Shown one piece after another: positions 57,443 to 64,000 of a DNA stretch of 64,000 nucleotides. The stretch comes from Candidatus Uhrbacteria bacterium. GTDB lineage: Bacteria; Patescibacteriota; Patescibacteriia; UBA9934. The stretch is taken from assembly GCA_903848275.1 (NCBI GenBank), contig CAINGB010000001.1, positions 1,175-65,174 of the forward strand, written 5' to 3'. The first letter of the stretch is position 1, and every line of letters starts with the position of its first letter. The translations under genes and the position numbers were made by a program. The notes below the pieces were generated by a model. It saw only the letters and a list, made by a program, of their open reading frames with translations. It was not told the origin of the DNA and searched no databases.

Positions 57443-59947
57443 ATGTCCAACCCACACTATCTAGCTAAAGTTTTTCGCACAATTGCCGCAACGGCCTTCG
57501 TCATCATCGGCGGGGCCTTTTGCTTCTCAGTGAACACACCTCACGCTTTAGCTGCTCTTGGCGACGGAGCTACCAGTGCAATCCACCTTCTTGATAGTGG
57601 CGAAGACGGCAAGCCGGATACCATTACCTTCAGCATCGCCAACCCGAACGGCGAAAGCTGGGCCGCTGTTGGTTCCTCGCCGTATGGCGTTAGTGTCACT
57701 CAAAATGGTGCCGCTATCACCGTAACTGGTGTCACTCGTACCTCGGGCGCCACCGCCAACCCAATCACCATCTCCGTTGCCCTCGATACTTCAGATTCCG
57801 ATCTTCAGTATAATACCGACGGTGTCGTCCTTTACCCCATTGAATTAATTTACACTCGTGTTGGTGGTGGGGTCGCTTGCACTAACTGCCTTCGCGACAA
57901 CGTCGATGAAGAAATGAACGCAATAGCCACCGGCGACACCAACGCCACCAACACAGAAGTAGACCTCATGAAGCCCGTCGTCATGACTATGTACGAAAAC
58001 GCGGCCTATACCCGCAACCTGACTTTTAATACTGTTGATATAGAATACTCAGAGCGCATGCATCTTTCATTGGATAACGACGGCGGAACAGATGTCTCTT
58101 ACGACGGCACAGCGACTGGAACTTCGACAGCTACGGCCGGTTCTATGACAGTCGCTCGTACTATTGCCGGTTTTGGCACTTGGGCTGCGCTGAACGGTGG
58201 CGACATGGCTATTTCCACCGTTGGTGGCAACGAAATAATCGCCTATCAAAATGCTTTTATTATCGTCATGAACGAAGTGGATAGTTCTTATTTCTCAGCT
58301 GGCAGCACTGCCCCAACTACCCCTGTTTTCACCCCCTCATATTCACCACTCACCGTCTTTGATGCTGCTGGCAATGGCGTCTCCACTAATACCAAAACCA
58401 TGTTCGAAAACGTCCCTTGGGACGTCACTGCGCCGACACTCGACAACACCTATTCTTGCTATAGCACCGTCAACGGTAAGGTAAATCGCGTTCAATTGTC
58501 CTTCAACGAAAATATTGACGACTACACTTTCGACACCAGCGTTTTCGAAGTGGACAACGATAGTACCAACAACGGTATCGGCGAGGAGACTCCCGTCTCT
58601 TTCAACACTGCCACCGCTGGTTGCGACGGCACGGCCGACGACACCGACTACGACGACGAAAAAATCCGCCTAGATCTCACCACCGGTATCACTGGCACCG
58701 ACAAGGCCTACGTGCACTATGCGGCTAATGGCAGCTACCATATACGTGATGGGGCTGGTAACCTCATGCTCGCCGGTTCCGCTCTCGGCACGGAAAATGA
58801 TCGAGCCGCGCCAATTGTTATGTCTACCACCCCAACTGCAGGCAGCAACATTCTCAACACCAGCCCGATCGTCCTCAACTTCAGCGAAGCGATGGACTCC
58901 ACTGCCGGTCACTTCGTCTACACTTTCCCAGGTGAACCAACTCTCACTCCAGTCTGGACTTCTGGCGACACCGTCCTCACTCTTAACGGTACCAAAATTC
59001 ACGGCAGTAAAACATTAACCGTCACAGCTGGTCCTGACGCAGCCGCTCAAGCTTTTGGTACTTTCCTCGCGACTAGCAACGCCTCGTTCAGCTTCACGGT
59101 TCTCGGTGGCTCCAACACTACTGCCACTCCAGCTGTAATCACCTACGCTCTCACCCTCACCTCCCCAACTGCTAGTTTTTCCTATCAAGCTGGTACTAAC
59201 ATTCCGATCACCTGGACCAGCAATCAAACCAATAGCACCGCTATGACTGCTATTAATCTCGCCTACTCAACAGACTCTGGCTTAACCTTCACCACTATCG
59301 CCAACAACGAAGTCAATGACGGCAGCTACACCTGGACGGCACCAAACATTAGTTCCAACAACGTCACTCTCAAAATCACCGGCACCGATCTCGTCACCAC
59401 CCTCGCTACCAACACCGGAGCCGCTTTCACCATCTCCTCCAGCGCATCTACACCAAACTCTGACACCACAGTTCCTGTCGCGCCAACTCTAGCCGCTGGC
59501 AGCTTCGTCAAAAGCTCAGCCAACAGCGCCGTCTACTACATCACCGCCGACGGTCATCGCCTCCCCTTTATCAACGAACAGGTCTACGCCACTTACGCCA
59601 GCGATTTTAGTAGCGTCGCCACTCTCACAGATATCGACCTCTCCGCCTACCCACTCGGTGCTCCAGTCGCGCCTAAACCAGGTACCGTGCTCGTCAAAAT
59701 CCAATCCACGGCCAACACCTATGCCGTGACCGGCACACCAGAGGCATCAGTTCTCCGCCTTATTACGAGCGAAGAACTTGCCGCCAGTCTCTACGGCAGT
59801 AACTGGGCCGACTACGTCATTGATCTCCCACCAACCATGTGGCCACATTTGACCATCGGCACCCAACTCGCCAACACCAGCGACTTAATCGTCGACCGTT
59901 CCACCCTCCTCCGCCGCGTTGATCTTTTTCTCACTATCCTCAGCTAA
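57443..59947 (+). CDS. large secreted Thr/Ser/Asn/Ala-rich surface protein (Ig-like repeats)
   Basis: Signal peptide MSNPHYLAKVFRTIAATAFVIIGGAFCFSVNTPHALA; low-complexity beta-rich repeats. Confidence 0.6.
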   Translation: MSNPHYLAKVFRTIAATAFVIIGGAFCFSVNTPHALAALGDGATSAIHLLDSGEDGKPDTITFSIANPNGESWAAVGSSPYGVSVTQNGAAITVTGVTRTSGATANPITISVALDTSDSDLQYNTDGVVLYPIELIYTRVGGGVACTNCLRDNVDEEMNAIATGDTNATNTEVDLMKPVVMTMYENAAYTRNLTFNTVDIEYSERMHLSLDNDGGTDVSYDGTATGTSTATAGSMTVARTIAGFGTWAALNGGDMAISTVGGNEIIAYQNAFIIVMNEVDSSYFSAGSTAPTTPVFTPSYSPLTVFDAAGNGVSTNTKTMFENVPWDVTAPTLDNTYSCYSTVNGKVNRVQLSFNENIDDYTFDTSVFEVDNDSTNNGIGEETPVSFNTATAGCDGTADDTDYDDEKIRLDLTTGITGTDKAYVHYAANGSYHIRDGAGNLMLAGSALGTENDRAAPIVMSTTPTAGSNILNTSPIVLNFSEAMDSTAGHFVYTFPGEPTLTPVWTSGDTVLTLNGTKIHGSKTLTVTAGPDAAAQAFGTFLATSNASFSFTVLGGSNTTATPAVITYALTLTSPTASFSYQAGTNIPITWTSNQTNSTAMTAINLAYSTDSGLTFTTIANNEVNDGSYTWTAPNISSNNVTLKITGTDLVTTLATNTGAAFTISSSASTPNSDTTVPVAPTLAAGSFVKSSANSAVYYITADGHRLPFINEQVYATYASDFSSVATLTDIDLSAYPLGAPVAPKPGTVLVKIQSTANTYAVTGTPEASVLRLITSEELAASLYGSNWADYVIDLPPTMWPHLTIGTQLANTSDLIVDRSTLLRRVDLFLTILS

Positions 59948-59996
59948 CATTCGTTAGTTCTCATTCAATCATCGCACCAATCTAGGCCCTACGTCA

Positions 59997-60090
59997 CAGC
60001 GGGTGGCGGCGAGCAGGTGCCCTGCGGGTCGCGACGTTGCAGCCTCTGCAGCTAGCGACTCGGAGGGTGCGAGCCAGACAGGACCCGCTG
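59997..60090 (+). repeat. GC-rich element, divergent copy F
   Basis: Ends CAGCGGGTG...GGACCCGCTG; same orientation as the other copies. Confidence 0.6.
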
Positions 60091-60114
60091 CCAGCAGAAA
60101 TTAATACCAATCTT

Positions 60115-60375
60115 ATGTTTAGTACCAACAGCCAAGATTATAGCGATCTCAATCGTCTTCCCGCTATCCTCCCCTTCATCTTCCTTATCATCATCCTCCT
60201 CGCCCTCTGGAGCATCTTCTGGAAAGGCCTCGCCCTCTGGCACGCCGCCCGTCACGGCCAGGGTTGGTGGTTCGGCCTTCTCCTCATTCTCAACACCGCC
60301 GGCATCTTGGAAATCATCTATCTCTTCGCTGTGCTAAAACTTAAGTTTTCCGAACTTTTCAGTAAAAAGAAATAA
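60115..60375 (+). CDS. small membrane protein
   Basis: Two TM helices; start at MFSTNSQ (the upstream part of ORF 60037 is the repeat). Confidence 0.4.
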   Translation: MFSTNSQDYSDLNRLPAILPFIFLIIILLALWSIFWKGLALWHAARHGQGWWFGLLLILNTAGILEIIYLFAVLKLKFSELFSKKK

Positions 60376-60410
60376 CACAACGAATCATTTAGTGGTAGAA
60401 TGTCTGCAAT

Positions 60411-62228
60411 ATGACTTCTATCCTTACCGAGCCAAAACGCGACTACATCCTACTCATTCTCATCGCCTTAACATTCGGTGCAGATTTACTTTTACACGAA
60501 CCGCTCACGCTCTTCATCATCGCAGGCGTTGCTGTCATTCCAACTTTCTGGAACTCTGCCCTCGCCGCTCGTCACGGCAAAATCACTATCGACACTTTCA
60601 ACACCTTCGCCGTCATCGTTTCTTTTGCGACTGGCGAGGCTTACTCTGCTGGGTTCATCGCCCTCATGTTGACGTCCGCCCGCATTCTCGACTGGTACAC
60701 CGAGTCACGCACTCATCATGCTATTGAAGAGTTACTCCGCCTCAAACCAACCACCGCTTTCCTCGAGCAAGGCCAAATTGTAACCGAGGTCGATGCTGAC
60801 ACCATCAAAACCGGCGACGTGGTGCTCGTCAAAAGTGGTGCTCGAATTCCTGTCGACGGCGTTGTCACCGACGGTTCAGCCCACGTCAACGAGGCTATCG
60901 TCACTGGCGAGTCAGAACCAATCGAGAAGAATGTCGGCGATCGTGTGATTAGCTCAACCCTAGTCGACATTGGTGTCCTGCATGTCAGAGCCACCCAAGT
61001 CGGCAAAGACTCCACCCTCGAGCGCATGGCCACCCTCATGCATACGGCCAGCTTACACAAATCCACTACCGAAAAATTAGCGGATCGTTTTGCTACCATC
61101 TTCTTACCCGTCGTCGGCCTCCTTGGTGCTCTCACCTACGCCATTACCCGCGATCTCACCATGACCGCCGCCCTCTTCCTCATTGCCTGTGCCGACGATA
61201 TGGCCGTCGCCATTCCTCTCGCCATGACCGCCTCACTCGGCCAAGCTGCCAAACGTGGTGTCATCGTTAAAGGCGGACAAACCCTCGACGCCTTAAGCCG
61301 CATGAAAACGCTTGTCCTCGACAAAACCGGCACGCTCACCTTCGGCAACCTAGCAATTCGTGCCGTCCATCTGGCGCCCAACGTCGACGAGAATCATTTC
61401 TGGACAGTCCTCGCCAGCGCCGAAAAATATTCGGAACACCCAGCCGGTCGTACCGCCTACAAAGAAGGCTTACGTCGACTGGGCACTGTGGCTGACCCCA
61501 CCGATTTTAAACTCTACAAGGGCAAAGGTGTGACTGCGCAAGTTGGCACCGAAACCATCGTTGCCGGCACTGAGCTGCTCTTCGCCGAACTCGGACTCCC
61601 CATCCCTACCGTACCCGAAGACGCCCTCGGCTCCGTCTTTTGGGTAGCTTGCAACGGCCAACACATTGGCTCTCTTGAAGTCGCCGACATTCCGCGTCCC
61701 GAAGCCGCCGCTAGCCTAGCTAAACTTCGCACTCTCGGCGTCACGCGCATCATCATGCTAACCGGTGATAACGAACGCGTCGCTAAAAACGTCGCTGAAT
61801 TACTCGGCATCACCGAATTCCGTTCTCGCATGACGCCAGAAGGTAAAATGCTCGCCCTGGAAGAGCTTTTTGCTACCGGTCCTGTCGGCATGGTCGGCGA
61901 CGGCGTAAATGACGCTCCAGCCTTAGCCCGCGCTGATATTGGCATTGCTATGGGCGGTGGTGGTGCCGCCGTTTCCGTGGAAGCTGCTGACGTCGTCATC
62001 ATGACCGACAACCTCGCACGTTTGCCGGAAATGATGGAACTCGGCCGCAGCACACTAAGCGTCGTTAAAGGCGACATTGTCATCTGGGTCATCTCAAATC
62101 TTGTCGGTTTCACCCTTGTTTTCACTGGAATCGCCGGTCCTGCTCTAGCCGCCTTCTACAACTTCGCCACCGACTTCTTTCCACTCTTCAACTCCAGCCG
62201 CCTCTTTAAAACAAAACGAGGGCCTTAA
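60411..62228 (+). CDS. cation-transporting P-type ATPase (short form)
   Basis: TGES, DKTGTLT, GDGVNDAPAL motifs. Confidence 0.85.
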   Translation: MTSILTEPKRDYILLILIALTFGADLLLHEPLTLFIIAGVAVIPTFWNSALAARHGKITIDTFNTFAVIVSFATGEAYSAGFIALMLTSARILDWYTESRTHHAIEELLRLKPTTAFLEQGQIVTEVDADTIKTGDVVLVKSGARIPVDGVVTDGSAHVNEAIVTGESEPIEKNVGDRVISSTLVDIGVLHVRATQVGKDSTLERMATLMHTASLHKSTTEKLADRFATIFLPVVGLLGALTYAITRDLTMTAALFLIACADDMAVAIPLAMTASLGQAAKRGVIVKGGQTLDALSRMKTLVLDKTGTLTFGNLAIRAVHLAPNVDENHFWTVLASAEKYSEHPAGRTAYKEGLRRLGTVADPTDFKLYKGKGVTAQVGTETIVAGTELLFAELGLPIPTVPEDALGSVFWVACNGQHIGSLEVADIPRPEAAASLAKLRTLGVTRIIMLTGDNERVAKNVAELLGITEFRSRMTPEGKMLALEELFATGPVGMVGDGVNDAPALARADIGIAMGGGGAAVSVEAADVVIMTDNLARLPEMMELGRSTLSVVKGDIVIWVISNLVGFTLVFTGIAGPALAAFYNFATDFFPLFNSSRLFKTKRGP

Positions 62229-62243
62229 AATAAACTTCTTTTA

Positions 62244-62324
62244 GTCGGGTGACGCGGAGGGAGGCCCCTGGGCGGCGCGCAGCTTGCGAGCACCGAACGG
62301 GGTCCGCAGTCGGCAGGACCCGAC
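62244..62324 (+). repeat. GC-rich element, copy E
   Basis: GTCGGGTGACGCGGAGGGAGGCCCCTG...GGCAGGACCCGAC; closest to copy A. Confidence 0.8.
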
Positions 62325-62369
62325 GAAGTCTTTTACTCTAATGCCCGAGTCTAAAACATTGATCAATTT

Positions 62370-63269
62370 ATGTCCCAAGTCCTCTTCATCGGCGCTGGCA
62401 AAATCGGCACTGCCCTAGCCCACGTCATCAATGACCGTGCTGCCATCGATCTCTGGGATCAAGACCCAACTCAGGCTCCCAACATGAAGCCTTTGGTCGA
62501 GAGTGTCCCTTTAGCTGACGTCATTTTTCTTTGCACTCCTTCCTGGACCATCCGCGCTATCATCGAGCAAATAATACCATTCTTACGCCCTATTACAGTT
62601 ATAGTTCTGTTAGCCAAAGGTCTTGAAGCAGAAACACAAAACACCATGGACACTGTGCTCGCCAATCTCCTGCCTGCCGTTCAACCGTGGGGCCTTCTCG
62701 GCGGTCCGCTATTAGCCGACGAACTAACCGACGAGTTGCCAAGCATTGGCGTTTTTGCTTCTGCTTCACGTCCAACATATCTCGAAATAAATAAACTTTT
62801 CCTAGGTACCAACGTCCGCCTCGAATACAGCACCGATCCTCACACCATCGCTCTCGCCGCCGTCCTTAAAAATATCTATGCCGTTATTCTCGGTCTCGCC
62901 GCGGGCCTCGGTTGGGGCTACAACGGCCAAGGCTGGTTGGCAGCTCGTGCGCTCACCGAAATAACCAACATCATCCAACAGCTTAATGGCGACGCAATTC
63001 TCGTAGCTGGCTCAGCTGGTGCTGGTGATTTTCTCGCCACCGCCATGAGTCCAGACTCTCACAACCGCACCGCCGGCATCGAGATCGCTAAAACGGGTCG
63101 CTGCATCACTACCAATGAAGGCTGTCGTTCTCTCCCACCTATCATCGCTCTACTCAACAATCAGCTCGATCAATTTCCACTCTTGTTCGCTCTCGATCAA
63201 ATCGTCAATCAACACGCCGCCGCAGCAGCCATTTTCCATGGTTTATTAATAGCACCTGAAATAAAATAA
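62370..63269 (+). CDS. gpsA: NAD(P)H-dependent glycerol-3-phosphate dehydrogenase
   Basis: FIGAGKIGTALA Rossmann, AKGLEAET, AAVLKNIYAVILG, GDFLATAMSPDSHNRTAG. Confidence 0.7.
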   Translation: MSQVLFIGAGKIGTALAHVINDRAAIDLWDQDPTQAPNMKPLVESVPLADVIFLCTPSWTIRAIIEQIIPFLRPITVIVLLAKGLEAETQNTMDTVLANLLPAVQPWGLLGGPLLADELTDELPSIGVFASASRPTYLEINKLFLGTNVRLEYSTDPHTIALAAVLKNIYAVILGLAAGLGWGYNGQGWLAARALTEITNIIQQLNGDAILVAGSAGAGDFLATAMSPDSHNRTAGIEIAKTGRCITTNEGCRSLPPIIALLNNQLDQFPLLFALDQIVNQHAAAAAIFHGLLIAPEIK

Positions 63270-63313
63270 AATTTGCTGTATACTGCAAACATTATTCATC
63301 TTAAATTACTCTT

Positions 63314-63583
63314 ATGAAGAACGGTCTTAACGCTAACAGTGTCGGCTTAGTCTTCGGCGGTGTCCTGGCTTTCTGGCATCTCGTCTGGTCACTCATGGTG
63401 GCCTTTGGTGTCGCCAACATGTATCTGACCTGGATTCTCAACCTGCATCGTATTAACATTACTATCAGCGTTCTTCCCTTCTCTCTCCCTATCGCTATTA
63501 CTTTAATCTTGGTCACTGGCGTCATTGGCTACATTGTCGGCTATATCTTTGCCCTCATCTGGAACGCCGTCAGCAAGAAATAA
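63314..63583 (+). CDS. small membrane protein
   Basis: Three TM helices. Confidence 0.4.
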   Translation: MKNGLNANSVGLVFGGVLAFWHLVWSLMVAFGVANMYLTWILNLHRINITISVLPFSLPIAITLILVTGVIGYIVGYIFALIWNAVSKK

Positions 63584-63589
63584 CTAGCT

Positions 63590-64000
63590 ATGTGCTTCTC
63601 GGCCAGCGCCAGTTTCATCGCCAGCGGAGCACTAGCCGTAATCGGCTTAGCGAGCTTAAGAATCGCTAAAAAGAAAGAGTGGAGCGCGGCGCTCGTGCCA
63701 CTCTTTTTTGCTATTCAACAAGCTATCGAAGGCTGGCAATGGCTAGCTCCTCACCCGAGCACCATCTCCACCATTCTCGGCTACGGATTTCTCTTCTTTG
63801 CTTTTCTCTTTTGGCCAATCTATATTCCTTCCGCTGTCTATTTCGCGGAAACTCATAAACGTCATCAACGCTTCATCAGTTATCTGCTAATACTCGGCTT
63901 ACTCGTCAGCCTCACCCTCCTCATCGCTCTAGTCTCCAGCCCTCTCACCATCAATGTCTGCAGCAACGTCATCTACCCCTGGTTCAACGCCTCTCTGCCC
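63590..64000 (+). CDS. partial CDS (3' end off window): membrane protein
   Basis: ATG at 63590; open hydrophobic frame to window edge. Confidence 0.35.
   Translation, partial: MCFSASASFIASGALAVIGLASLRIAKKKEWSAALVPLFFAIQQAIEGWQWLAPHPSTISTILGYGFLFFAFLFWPIYIPSAVYFAETHKRHQRFISYLLILGLLVSLTLLIALVSSPLTINVCSNVIYPWFNASLP

Overview
This 64-kb window looks like a chromosomal segment from a small-genome bacterium of roughly 45–50 % GC. Short genes, secA/uvrAB/murC next to envelope-glycosylation and lipid genes, and an Ig-like Thr/Ser-rich surface protein suggest a Patescibacteria/CPR-type lineage (inference only). It splits into a housekeeping left third, a tRNA-Trp-linked accessory region in the middle, and a mostly housekeeping right end.

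Backbone (1–31 kb), mostly minus strand: secA, murC, hpf, uvrA, uvrB, a HIT protein, a GT-C-like glycosyltransferase, a CDP-alcohol phosphatidyltransferase, a large polytopic membrane protein, an LCP-family protein, a kinase-like phosphotransferase, HU, HtrA, a MazG-like protein, a GIY-YIG protein, a DUF45/M48 peptidase, cardiolipin synthase and adjacent tRNA-Tyr and tRNA-Thr.

tRNA-Trp (31079–31153) is followed by a ~22-kb accessory region:
- an OLD-family ATPase–Toprim nuclease;
- a complete type I R-M system (hsdM-hsdS-hsdR), with a 4 x 12-bp tandem repeat encoding (ELET)4 in the hsdS central region;
- a large serine recombinase;
- a YbaK-like gene bracketed by 17-nt inverted repeats;
- a GmrSD-type DUF262/DUF1524 enzyme plus a DUF2779 two-nuclease protein;
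- phage terminase small and large subunits and two phage-type DNA methyltransferases (one fused to a ParB-like domain);
- a tight four-gene operon: LexA-like S24 repressor, HNH-SAVED (Cap5-like), CD-NTase, E2-like protein (CBASS-like);
- an excisionase-type HTH gene at the far end.

Right end: a second GIY-YIG protein, an alpha/beta hydrolase, a promoter-to-terminator candidate sRNA, topoisomerase IB, a cupin, a large surface protein, a P-type ATPase and gpsA.

Three GC-rich interspersed repeat families stand out:
- an ~80-nt element with conserved ends GGGTGACGCG…GGCAGGACCC: six copies, all in the same orientation, two inserted in-frame in a membrane-protein gene and two near-identical 150-nt copies;
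- a 26-nt REP hairpin that flanks an RAYT-type tyrosine transposase in inverted orientation and also sits in-frame inside a coding sequence;
- a 24-bp perfect palindrome present twice.

No CRISPR array or rRNA gene was seen. All functional calls come from motif recognition by eye; no database search was possible.
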